DNA of 64,000 nt, from positions 113,112,793 to 113,176,792 of the forward strand of contig NC_058131.1 of the NCBI RefSeq assembly GCF_016433145.1, in the 5' to 3' direction. This document shows positions 47,426 through 60,119 of this stretch, one piece after another; position 1 is the stretch's first letter, and every line of letters begins with the position of its first letter. The notes below the pieces were generated by a model. That model had not been told where the DNA came from and made no database searches. It was given only the letters and a program-made list of their open reading frames with translations. This DNA is from Gracilinanus agilis. Lineage: Eukaryota. A program made the translations under genes and the position numbers.

Positions 47426-50400
47426 GTGGGAAAGGAGTCAAGTCTTGGAAATAAAACTTGTTTTCTTCTTTCCCCATTAATGAACAGTCATTGGAAGTTT
47501 AGCTTCAACCTGAAAATCACATCTTTGAGACTGACAATATTTAAGAGAGCAGATAGACCCAATTCTAGCCTAGTATACTCGCTCTCTGAGGAGAGCAGAA
47601 TAGTCAGCTTCTGCCCTCCACCTCCTGCTTTTCCTCCTGGCAGGAATGTAAGTTGCACTTGAGGAAGGATAGGGGAAGAAGAGACTGGAAATGTATCCTG
47701 ACTCCCTTTGAGCCATGCAATGACACTCCTATGCTATCCATAGGGGACAGTCTCAGCATATATCCTTTCAACAAATGTGAATATAATAACATTAATTATG
47801 AGTTTATATTTCTATAGCATATTATGATTCTCCAAGTGCTTTCCTCCTAATAGCTCCACAAGATAGATATTGCAAGTATTATTATCCTGATTTTATACAT
47901 AAAGAAACCAAAGGTCATAGAGATTAAGTGACTTGCCCATAAGCATAGAACTTGAAAGTGTCAGAACTGGAATTTGCTTGGAAGTGTCCTGACTACAAGT
48001 CCTATGCATTTGTTTAAATCTAAAAAAGATAGTCAAAATATTCTGGGAGCTTAGAGGAGGAAACAGATATTTGGGTGGTATAGTTTGGATTGGGAAAACT
48101 CACCTTCATGAGTTCAAATCTGATCTGACACTTACTAGCTGTGTGACCCTGAGAATGTCACTTAACCTTGTTTACCTCAACTTCCTCATCTGAAAAATGA
48201 GCTAGAGAAGGAAATGGCAAACAACTCCAGTATCTCTGCCAAAGAAACCTTAAATGGGGTCATAAAGAGTTGGACATGACTGAATAACACAAGAGAAAAA
48301 GGTCATATCTAGTGGAGGGCATCAGAGATTTAGAGTCAAAGAAAATTTAATAAATCATCAAGTCTAATCCTTCAGTTTTACAGATAAAGAAACTGAGAGT
48401 CACACAGCTAGTAAGTGTCATGGCAGTATTTAAATCTAGGCCAATTCAGAATTAGGAATCTTTGTGAAGAGCTGGAACTGTATCTAAGCCTTGAAGAACA
48501 GGTAGGTTTTCAACAGATAGATAAGTAGAATTCTGAGCAGGAAAAAAAAAGCATGAGCAAACATGCAAGGACCGGAAAGCAAGGGATATATTGGCAATGT
48601 CTGGAGAACAAAGAACTGTCTAGTTGCATTAGATAAGGTTGGAAAGGTGGTTTGGAGTCAAATTATAGAATATCCTCAGTGCCAAATTGAGGAACTTCAA
48701 CTCAATCAGGCAATGGAAGTCATTGAGAACCACTGAAAATATCTGAGGAAGGGAATGACATCAGCTGGGTCTTACTGTAGAAATATCAACCTGCTAAAAA
48801 CATGTTGGATAAAGGGACAGAGAAACCAGTTATGAAGTGGACATAATAACTTAGGTAGGAATAATTTGGTCTTGAACTATTAGCAAATAAACCCAATCCA
48901 ATCCAGAAGCATTTATTAAGCATTTACTCTGTGCAAAGCATTGTGCTCAGTACTGTGGATAAAAGACAAATCAAAATAAAGCAAAATAGTCCTTGGCCTT
49001 ACATTCTTCTAGGAGATTGTAACATGTAAACAGATTAGTACACGCATGACAGTTTGAGGGAGCAAGACTAACAGCTAGGGAGAGCAGAAAAGGCTTTCTA
49101 AAAGAAGTGACATAATTTGAGCCTTAAATTATGAGCCTAGTGATTCTAAGAGGAAGAGATGAGCAGGTGGTACATAGGAAAGGAAAGAAGGGGAGAAATA
49201 GGAAAACCATTGTAGATATTTTCCCTATTTGAATGTAGCCTCCTGTTGAAGAAGGACCGCTTCTTTGTATTTCTGGTGCCTACTACCCTGCTTTAGCACC
49301 AAAAAGGGACTTAAATATGTGCTGACTCACTGATCCACAAGATCTTGCAAATGATTGGACCTGGAGGCCAAAGAAAAAGGACAAATCAAAAATGGTATCT
49401 TTTGAAGACCAAGTGATTAGGAAAAATTCTGAGGTCCAAAAGAGAATGTGGTTTGGGACACAAGACCATAGGCAACATGTATGTAAAACTAAAGTTCTAG
49501 TTCAATCCTTTCATATTGTAGATGAGAAAACCAGGACCCAAACAGGTCACAAAAGTAGAAAGTGGCAAAAGTGGAATTTGATCCTGGGTCATGTAACTCC
49601 AAAACCTGCCCACATTGCACTGAACTGCACTGCCTTCTTGGAAAGGACAAGGACAAGTCCAGTTTTGACATCGTGAGCTTGAGACTCACCCAGGACAACT
49701 GAGAGAGGTAGGAACTGTCCAGTCTATGGTAAGAAATTTTGGCCTGACGCTCAGGAGAGAAATCAGGGCTGGAGATACACGTTTAAAATGCTAACCTCCA
49801 GCACCGTGGTAATTGCCATTCTGTCAAATACAACTACCCTTTGGGGCCAAATCATGTGACCACACATGTTTTTACTTTTTAATTATTTATAGTGCATAGT
49901 TTAAAGTGGTGTTAATACAGCCTAATGACTTGGGGCGATTGAATCAAAGAAAAAAAAAAGAGTTGAGTTCTACTTGGCGGATTTCTAATAGACTTCTCTA
50001 ATGTTTACAGCTAAACAGAAGTGCAATCTTACCCTGCTTTCTAATAGACAACAACACTCTTTAAATCTTCTGAGACCCCAAAGGTACCAGCTCATTCTTT
50101 CTTTCAAGAGGCAAAATGAGCCCAACAAATGTTGTTCCTGGCACAGATGAAACTTGGAGTTTGTTAGTGATATGTTCTGTACTCTGAGATTTCCCGACAA
50201 TGCTCCCCTGTCACACTCTTGTGATCTTGGGTAGCTAACTATCCCATATTACCTAACAGCAAATTAAAGCATAGCATCAACTTTGCTCATCTAGATAGTT
50301 CTGTGTTATCCAAAATGAATTCCAAATAATATTGTGGTTGGTGAGATGCTTTTAAGATTTTTTCCTAGCTAAGAGAGACCCTGAGGTTGTTAGTTTAAAG

Positions 50401-51989
50401 CAAATTCTAGCCTCTCATCTTTCAATGGAAAAGCCTAAGGATTTTTCTGATGTTAATATAAAATATTAAAAACACAGTTTGGTTTGGGATCTTTGGCAGG
50501 ACTCCTAGCATCCTTGTGAATAAATTTACCTTTTCTTAAGGTTTCCTGGCAACTTAGGCTCTTATAGTTGGGGGTAGGGATTAGACCCATTAGTAACAAT
50601 GATTTTGTTTTTCAAAAAAACATTTCAGGCTATTCTTCCCTTTGCCAAGAACTGAGTAAAGATCCCTGTAAATCACTACAAAGAAAAATAGAATTGTATG
50701 TTGAAAAGAAACCAGGTAATCAAGCCCCTCATTTTACATAAACAAAAACTGAATATTAGAGATGTTAAATGACTTACCCATGGTCACACACCTAGTCAAT
50801 GGCACAGCTGAAACTAGAATTCAAGTCTCCAGGTTCCCAATCCAATATTCTTTTCACTACAATTATCGACTTTTCTATATGCCCACGAGGTGAAAAAAAC
50901 AGTGGTCAAGATGCTCTTATTATTTAGTCATTTTCAGTAGCGTTCAACTCTCATGACCTCATTTGGGGTTTTCTTGGCAAAGATGTTGGACTGGTTTGCC
51001 ATTTCCTTCTCCAACTCATTTTACAGCTAAGGAAACTGAGACAGGCAGGGTTAGGTGACTTTCCACGGGTCATACAGCAAGTAAGTGTCTGAGGTTGGAT
51101 ATGAACTCAGGTCTTCTGGACTCAAGGCCCAGAGCTCTATCCACTGTGGCAACTACCTTTCAAGGTGTTCTAAGGGAGGTAAAAAAATAGCATAAATTCT
51201 TTTTCCTCAAAGAGCTTACAGTCTAGTAAAGGAGACAAGGTAGCTATACATCCAGAAAAAGTTAACTACAAGGTACTGAGGTAGCATGCCAAATGGATTA
51301 TGTAGAAGATGTGCTATTGAACTTCAGAGGAGAGCGCTATCCCTGTGGGCAGGGTGGTTATGGTTATTATTAGAGTGGGATGATCAGGTCTTTGTCTTAG
51401 GGACCCAAAATCGAGAATACTTTCAGGATTTCAGCTAAAATTTAATGGAAACAAAGAATTTATCTCCTAATTATCAAGAGGGATTTGTTAAAATAGGAAG
51501 ATCCAGATGCTTCCTCTGAACAGTCACTTCTTCTTTCACCATTATTCCATTACAGCTTCCCCAACAATATGATCTAGTTGAAAATTTTGATATGAGGACA
51601 CATCTTATGACTGCCCATTGCATTCAGAAATAATTGCTAGTTACAGCTGTGATGGTCAGGTGTGGGGATTAACCAATAGATGCCACATTAGCACAAAATA
51701 GATATGTTTAGACATTGCATGGATATAACTTAAGTCACGTTTTCATTGTCAATGTCTACTTGCAGTGGTTGGGAATCTGAATGACTGAGTCATAGAATGT
51801 GTTAGAGATTGAAATGGTCACCTAAAACTCAATTAACATATTTGTCATTGTACTTCTTTGCATATTTTTCCTTTGTGGATTTTCATTCAATCCTTTACAA
51901 AAAAAAATTTTAAGTGGTGTACTACTTTCAAAGAGTAAGGAAGGAAAAAAAAAGAACCTATGTCTTTCTATTCATGATATATTGATTAA

Positions 51990-52215
51990 GTCAGAGGATG
52001 GAACCAACATATACTATGAGAACAAATTGTTAAATCTTCAGTGGAAGCATTTATATCACAAAAATCAACGAACACTACAAATCATGACGATTTAGTATTT
52101 TGTTGACTGTTTAGACTTAATAAAATGAGGAAGAAAATACTAACAATGCAAATTCAATTTAAAAGTGTGTCTTGTATGCATTTTTTTCTGGAAAGCTGGT
52201 TGTTAAACACTTTTT
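51990..52215. mobile_element. MER63-like hAT-Blackjack DNA transposon fragment
   Basis: 'aattgttaaatcttcagtggaagcatttata...gaaagctggttgttaaaca' recalled as MER63-type ends. Confidence 0.6.
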
Positions 52216-52390
52216 TCAGAAAGCTAATTGCTTCAGTGTTTGAATCTGTGAAATGAGGAGGTACAAAATGGTGATCTCTAAGATTTCATCCAGTTCTAAA
52301 TCTATAATCTTTCCCCACAAGCCACCTGGGATTTGGGAAACTGGTAAAGGAAGAGAGATAAGAGCTGGAGAACAGTAGGGTCTCATAGGA

Positions 52391-52511
52391 CAGAAGTGTC
52401 AAACAAGCTATGTGGATGACATCAGATTAAAATGCAATTGGGAAACACTTAACAAATAAATTAAAATGCAATAGAATATAGACAGTGTTAATATGTGGGT
52501 TTCTAAATCAA

Positions 52512-52542
<31 letters not shown>

Positions 52543-52589
52543 CATCTATCTTTAGTGACCCCTGCTTCAATTAGAATTTGACACTTCTG
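52391..52589. mobile_element. hAT MITE with internal (CA)n (52516-52542)
   Basis: Perfect 13-bp TIR cagaagtgtcaaa...tttgacacttctg; decayed 8-bp flanks, both with central TA. Confidence 0.8.
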
Positions 52590-53759
52590 ATCTAAGAGTC
52601 AAGTCTGGACTTTCTGAATTTTGAACAAGTTCCTTTTCTTTCCTCATCTACAAAATAAAAAGGCTAGACTTTATTTCTAAGGTTTTTTCCAGCTCTGAAT
52701 CCTATGACAATTCTCATCTCCAGTGGTATTAGGAGCAGGATAACCCTTAGCTCTTTGTCCTCAGGCCATGGCTCCAGCGTCATCCATATGGATATTGAAG
52801 TAACCCAACACCCAAATCAAATCTGATCACTTTGAGAAAGGTAGGAGAGGGCCCCAGAGATCAAGAGATAGCAGAAATGAAGATAGACAAACAGTGTTAT
52901 AAACAGATGGCATGGACTTTCACATTTTTTGCTTTCCCTTCTATAAATGGTAGCCCCAAATCATAGGCCTATAACAGGGAACCCAAAGGGAAAATAGCAA
53001 TAGGTTAGCTCTCTTAGGTTTGGACAGTTAACTGAAACAAATGATATGAGCATTAGAGACAGAAAGGTTGCTGAGCAGTGGCGGGACTTTTTATTTGTGT
53101 TAACAGAACAATTAAACCTTTGGATCTATCCCTTTATAGGCAGATTAAGAAGACTTTGGGGGATCTGTGCATACCTGTCACTGAGCATTTGAATTTCACA
53201 CTGCAAAAACTCTTTAGATTTATGGTCTCCCTATCTGCAAGACATTCTTGTTTTAATAGTAGAGTTATGTGTAGTCCCAATACCATCAAGATTAAATAGG
53301 AGAGGATTTCTGGCACAAAATTTTGTTAATGTCAGGACAAAGCATAAAACCTAGGTGTAATAAATTGACATTTGTCTCAAGACACAGACATACTGATTTA
53401 CACAGGGCAAAATTATCCTTGAACCACACACCTGGGCATCATCGGACTCCGCCTTCAAAGTGGCAATTTTTATATTTATATTCAGCAGCGGTGAACCCTG
53501 AGGAGAGCCATCTGGCACTGAAAGTGCAGAATAGGCCCAGGATGGAGAATATTTATATGATGCAAAGATCAATAACCCTGAAAACAATGAGAATAGAAAA
53601 GAAAAGGATACATCCCAGTCCCCAACCCCCATTCTTATTTTGGCACAACCGACCCACTGCTTCCTCATCTCTGTCTCTGTCATCTCTCCAGGTGCACTAT
53701 GTATTTTTACCCATTTAATGCATGCCACATTCCTTGAAATAGCTTCATTTTTCTATAGG

Positions 53760-54490
53760 TGCTAAGTTCTAGTTATAAACTGTAACAGCCTTTAGAGAAA
53801 ACTCTTACCACCAATCCATCCCTCACTTCCTTAAACTCTAATGGCTGCGACCTGTTACCATTAGGATCAAATACAAAATTCTCTGTTTAGCATTTAAATC
53901 TCTTCCTAACCTGGACCCTCCCTACCTTTTCAGCTTTCTCATACTTTATTCTCTTCCACACAGTCTTTGATCAAGGTGTATGGGCCGACTTATAGTTTCT
54001 TGAATCCAATAATGAATTTCTCATCCCCATACCTTTGCACTGGCTCTTCTTCATTCCTGGAATTCTTCTTAGTTTCTCTGATTTCCTTAAAATTCAATTC
54101 AAATCCTATCTTCTACAGGCAGTATTTCCCAATTCCCCTAGCTGCTAGAACCTTCCTTTCTGAGATTAATTTCCNNNNNNNNNNNNNNNNNNNNNNNNNN
54201 NNNNNNNNNNNNNNNNNNNNNNNNNNNNNNNNNNNNNNNNNNNNNNNNNNNNNNNNNNNNNNNNNNNNNNNNNNNNNNNNNNNNNNNNNNNNNNNNNNNN
54301 NNNNNNNNNNNNNNNNNNNNNNNNNNNNNNTACATAAGTATGTATGTTTACCTAATTGTTTACATGTTATCTCCACTAGAATGGAAGGTCTTCATGGGCA
54401 GGAACTAGGGGTCACTTTTTTTCATATTCCCAATGCTTAGTACAATACATAGCATATAAGAAGTATTTAATAAATAAATACTTGTTGACT
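53760..54490 (+). mobile_element. L2 LINE 3' end spanning an N run
   Basis: L2 body and terminal 'atttaataaataaatacttgttgac'. Confidence 0.8.
54175..54330. other. N run
   Basis: 156 N. Confidence 1.
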
Positions 54491-56219
54491 GTTTCTATGA
54501 GAAGAAAGTAGATATCCCACACTGGACACTAATTTATTCAGGATAATTGATGTTGTAACATTAGGATGTTTATCTATTATAAAATGCTCAAAGATATGTA
54601 ACCAGTTGACACCAAATGCAAAATATCGAGTCAGGAAAGCCAGTCCTTTGTAGGTGCTTTAAGACTAAAAGAAACTTTTGAAGTTGTTGACACATCTACA
54701 TTTTACAGATGAGGAAACTGAGGCTGAGGGTTTCAATGACTTGCCTGAGGTCATTCTACTGATTAGTGGGGGGAGGTGGAACCTTCTAGTCAGACCTCAT
54801 GACTCACTCCAGTGTCCTTTCCACTCAGAATTTGTCACAGTTTGATCTGGGCTCAGCTGAAGTTTAAGTCTGCTTTACTATGCAAAGAAAACAACTCAAC
54901 ACTGCTAATAGAGCGGGGGTAGGATGTTTAACCCACTTATGAGAACAAACTGTCTTTAAGACAGTGTATATGCAGAAGGAAGTTGCTAATTACCTCTTCA
55001 TGAACGTGGGCCCAGCAGAAGCTCTATTTATATACATTTTGTTAGCATTAGGTTTATAGTAGGTGTGCCTAAGATTAAAAAAAAACAATTTATATTTATT
55101 TTAAAACCTAGATTTTTGTTTAAAGAAGTAACCAGACTACCAAGCAAACAGACAGAAGAGACATCTGATACTATCTGTGACAATTAACAAGAAAACCCTT
55201 GATAGAAAAATAGGAAAAGCCCAACTTTGAGTATCAAATGGCAAATCACTGAGGAGAGGAAAAATGATCTTGCTCTGGTGGGGAAGGCCTGGGATTCAAA
55301 TCTTGGATTTGCTATTTACTGGAGGAATTCAGGTAAGCAATTAACTAATTAACTTCTCTGATTTTTTCATCTATAAAATGAAGGATATGGATGATATCTC
55401 TAAAATTTCCTCAAGCTATAAATCTATGCTTTTCTGAAGAATACTGGACTTAAAAGTCAGGAAAGCCTTGATTTCTAATCCCATCTCTAACATTTATGAA
55501 TTACATGACCACAGACAAGTCATTTAACATTTCCTAGACCTACATATAGATCCTGATCACATGACTCACGATTAGCCCATAGGAATATAGAATTTAGCAA
55601 TAGAAGGGATATTAGAGATCATCTAGTCCAATCCCTTTATTTTAAGGCTATAATAGAAAATGGGATTTGGGACTTTGGCTCTTGGTTAACTCTACTGAAG
55701 GCTCAGATTCATGGCTGTGATGGACAAGATTATTGTTTTGAAAAAATGCATATTCCAGATGACTTAAAGGTGGCATTCTAATCATGCTTAAAGAAATCAG
55801 GATTAGATTAAGTAGCAATAAATAAGAGTTAAGGATTACTAAAATTATACCCAATCTGTAAACATTTGTATTTCTTTAAATCTTGTTCTGACTAGTATCA
55901 TCTATTTATTGACTGTTATTGGTAATAATCATTAATACTTTTTATGTATGCAGGGGTGAGCTATAGCCACCTTGAAGATGTTCAAGAGAGATGATGGTCA
56001 AATTTTCAAACTGTGCATTTAAACTCTGGAAACTGGAAAAATACTAAAAATCAGGGCCAGGATTATTAAGTTTTTTTATCATCTAGATATAAAAAAAGTG
56101 ATGGAGAAGAATGTTAATAATTCAGATTAAACTTGAAAGGGTCTCATGAATTTTCAGAGCACTCTTAATAGCACACCCCTGGATGCCTGCCACCTTACCC
56201 CACCCATCCCACCCACCTT

Positions 56220-58480
56220 TCCAGCTAGTCAGCAAACATTTATTAATTGCTTATTGTGTGCCAGTCACTGTGCTAAACACAAAGGATATAGAAAAAAAAG
56301 AATGGCCCCTGACTTCAAGTAGTTCACATTTCAATGGGGAAGGCAATAAGCAAAATTTGTACATGTAAGATATGTTCAGTCTAACTCAAAGGAAATCTCA
56401 TAGGAAAGGTACCTGTCATTGGGAGGTAGAGGGGATAAGGAGAGATCAGGATAGGCTTCCTACAGAAGGTAAGATTTGAACTGAGACTTCAAAGAAGCCA
56501 GAGAAGTCAGGACACAGAAGTCAGGAGAGAGAATATTTCAAGCATGAAGGTAAGAGGGTGGAACCAGTGAAAATGTTGTGTCATATGGGGTTTAAAGTAA
56601 GGCCAGTGTCGCTGGATTATAGAGTACATGAAAGGGTGTAGCATGTAATAACACTGAAAAGGTAGGAAGGTTTTTAAAAGGCAGACAGGATTTTATGTTT
56701 GATCCTGGAGGTAATAGGGAGCCACTGACCTTTACTGAGTGAGGTGTGTATATGAAATGGTCAGAACTGTACTTTAGAAAAATCACTTTGGCAGTTAAGT
56801 AGAGAACAGATTGGGAGGTAGGATGAGTAGGAGATGAGGCATGGAGAACAACCAGAAAATTATGACAATAGTTAAGACATAAGAGCCTGCACCAGGGCAA
56901 TGACTGTGTAAAGAAGTATTATTGTAAAGGTAAAAACCACAAGACATGAAAGTGAATGGATACATGAGTGAGGAGTCAAGGACACCAAAGTCAACAGTCT
57001 GAATGATTAATGGGATAGTGGCACTTTTAAAAGTAGTTGAGAAGGGATAGCTGGGTAGCTCAGTGGATTGAGAGCCAGGCCTAGAGATGGGAGGTCCTGG
57101 GCTCAGGTCTGGCCTCGTACACTTCCCAGCTGTGTGACCCTGGGCAAGTCACCCAACCCCCATTGCCTTCCCTTACCACTCTTCTGCCTTGGAACCAATA
57201 CATAGTATTGACTCCAAGATGGAAAGTAAAGATTTTAAAATAAAAAAAAAATAAAAATAAGTAGTTGAGAAGTTTGGAAGAGGGGAAGGTTCAACAGGGT
57301 AAAGAAAATAAATTTTGTTTTGGATATGTTGAATTTGAGATTTTTGTTGGACATGAAATTTAAGATGTCCAAGAGGTAGCTGATGATTCAGGACTATAAC
57401 TCAGGAAAGAGGTTAAGGCTGGGTATAGGTCTGGGAATCATTTGCACAGAAATGATAATTGAATCCATGGGAATTGATGAAATCACCAAAAAAAGATAGC
57501 ATAGAGAGAAAAGAGAAGAGAGCTAAGGATAGAGCTTTGGGAGAAACCTCCATTTAATGGGTATAACCTGGATAAAAATCCAGCAATATAGATTTAGGAG
57601 TGGTCAGAAAGGTAAGAGGAAAATCAGCAAGAGAAAGGTTATGAAATCCTAAAGAAGAGAAAGTTTCAAGGAAAAGAGGTTGATTGACAGTATCAAAGTT
57701 TGCAGAGAGGTAAAGGATGTGGGCTGAGAAAAAAACCATTCGATTTAGTAATTAAGAGATCACTGGTAACTTTGAAAAGAGCATTTCAATTGAATGATGG
57801 GATGCTGGAAGTCAAATTTCAAAGAGTTTAGAATCAAGAGAGAAGAAAGGTTTCCTCAAGGAGTTTAGCCATGAAGGGAATGAGAGATATAGGATAGCCA
57901 GTGGAAATGACTGGATCAAATTCTTTAAGAATGAGAGTCAGCCTCATGATGTATGTCTGTAGGCTGTGGAGAAGTAACCAGTAGTCAGAGACTGAAAATC
58001 AGTAAGCGAAGTAAGGAAGACCAAGGGAATCTGCTATTGAAGAGAGAGAATGGAATCAATGGTGCATTTAAAGAGGTTTTTCTCAGTAAGGAGGAGTAAG
58101 GTCACCTCTCCATGTGAGATAGGGGAACAGAAAATTGGGAGAGATATATGAATGAGGTGAGATGTGGAAAAGGGGAGAAAGGGGAACTCTTAGTGAATTG
58201 CCAAAACTTTTTCAGTGAAGTATGAGGCAAGGTCTTCACCTGAGAGGGTGGAAGGAAGAGGTGCCATGGGAGGCATGAGGAAGGATGAAAAAGTTTGGAA
58301 AAGCTTCTGTGGCAAATGAAATACAAAATCAATTAGGGAAGCATAAAAGGATTGCTTTGCTTCAATGAGGGCCCAATTGCCAGTTTGTAAAACCGATTTG
58401 TTAATAGGCTGAGTGGCCATGCTTTCATGATTTTCTCCAATTCTGTTCAGTAGTTTATGAACAAGAATGAAGAAGGTGGA
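56220..58480 (-). mobile_element. Long L2 LINE (~2.2 kb) with recognisable ORF2 remnants
   Basis: WALIEAKQSFYASLID..PQKLFQTFSSFL..EDLASYFTEK (58190-58420), LSANFDTVNQPLFLETFSSLGF (57554-57739), HGFNYHFCANDSQ (decayed YADD, ~57430-57470). Confidence 0.9.
57045..57258 (+). mobile_element. Young SINE1_Mdo inserted in L2
   Basis: Perfect 14-bp TSD aagtagttgagaag (57031-57044 and 57259-57272). Confidence 0.95.
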
Positions 58481-60119
58481 TAACGATCAAATGTCCAAAC
58501 CTGTAAGTTATAATCCCCAGTTTCTTACAAAATATTCCATAATTCAAGCAGTTCATTTGTTCAGATTTATTTTTCTTCCAGTAAGTCAATATTAACTAAT
58601 TTTGACAATACAGTAATATTGCTTTCTCCTCCACCTCCCTGGTTCTTTCTAATTTCCAGTATTTCATTAGAATTCATCATGTTTTCATTTGACTTTTGAC
58701 ATAGTTTCTCTTCCTCTTTTAAAAAAGAAATACCTTGTTTTTCTTAACATCTTATTCTATTTTTATCTTCTTGCTTTCATTTTGCCACCCAGTTATATTT
58801 GTTACCATCAAATTGCTGCTCCTTTTCATACTGTTTCTCATGCCACTACACCTCATGATATTTTAGATAACCAATAATAATAGAGTCTGGTTAAATGGAA
58901 ATGAAAGAATGATGCAGACATGGTCCATTATGAAAGCTGAAGTCTTTGCTAATGAAGATCACTCTTAGAAAGTCTCCTCATTTCTTTTGTTTCTTCCCCA
59001 TGCTTACCTTCCTTCTTAAATCCCACAAACATATGACCAGATCACCCTCCATTTTTGCTATTATTAAATCACTCTTCTGTAATGCTCCAGTCTTAGATAT
59101 TGTCATTTCACGTAATTTTGAGTAAGTCTCCTAACTAATCGAAACCATCTTTAAGGGAATTGGATTAGTTGTCAGGAACTATGAGAACATTTATGTAAGT
59201 AGAATAGTTCCTTTATGAAAGAGTCAATCCCCTCTCATGAGAGATTTCCCACAAAGGCTATTTAACCACATTGAGGTACATTATAATGGCAATTCTTCAT
59301 TGAGGGTGCATTGGACTAACTTCATTGGATATGGTCAGACTATGTTGCTGAGGTCACTTTAAACCCTAAAATTCTGTTAAAGTCTGGAACTAAATGATTT
59401 CTACTATCTCATCAGGTCACTTCCAGTTCTAAATCCTATGATCTTAAGTCCCCTCATTCACTGATCATTGAATTTTACCTCAAAATCAAGTTTGATGTTT
59501 TCCTTCATGCAGAGCAGTACTTCGGATATGGCCAATTGAGGTGATTTCCCTAGGGTTTGGAGAATCCTTTGGCTTGTGCTGAAGGAGCCTAAAATACAGT
59601 TAACATCATCATGACATTATACTCCCCCTCCCCCTGTAACTAAAGATACTTCACTGATGGCAGCACTTTCTTTCAGAGTTGTTTTAGCTATGATTGTTCT
59701 TCATGAGGTTCCCACTCTAATTATTCTGAATAGACTACTGAACTTGGAGTCCAGAAGACATCATTTGAGTTCCAACTCTATTACTAGCTGTATGACTATG
59801 ATTAAGTCAGCCTCAGTTCTCTCAGCTGTCAGATGAGGATATTAATACTTGTATTGTTGACCTCACTAGGCAAAGAAAATATTTTTGCAAAATGGAAAAC
59901 ACTATATAGATGTGAGTTATTATTATTAATATTAAGGCTTTGTACAAAAATGTTGGTAGATAGGGGAAACAGAGTGAAGAGATATTAGGAAAGTGAGAAA
60001 ACATGTTTCCAAATGACACTGGAAAACAATAACAAAAATAATGGCATTGGTATATGATTTTGCATGTGTTATAGAATCATCATTTCCATTAATGAGTTTC
60101 AATTTATTTAAAGAAGTAA

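Noticed and set aside
49796-49816. RE1 half-site 'ccagcaccgtgg'
   Set aside because: The right half-site is absent (GGTAAT instead of GGACAG).
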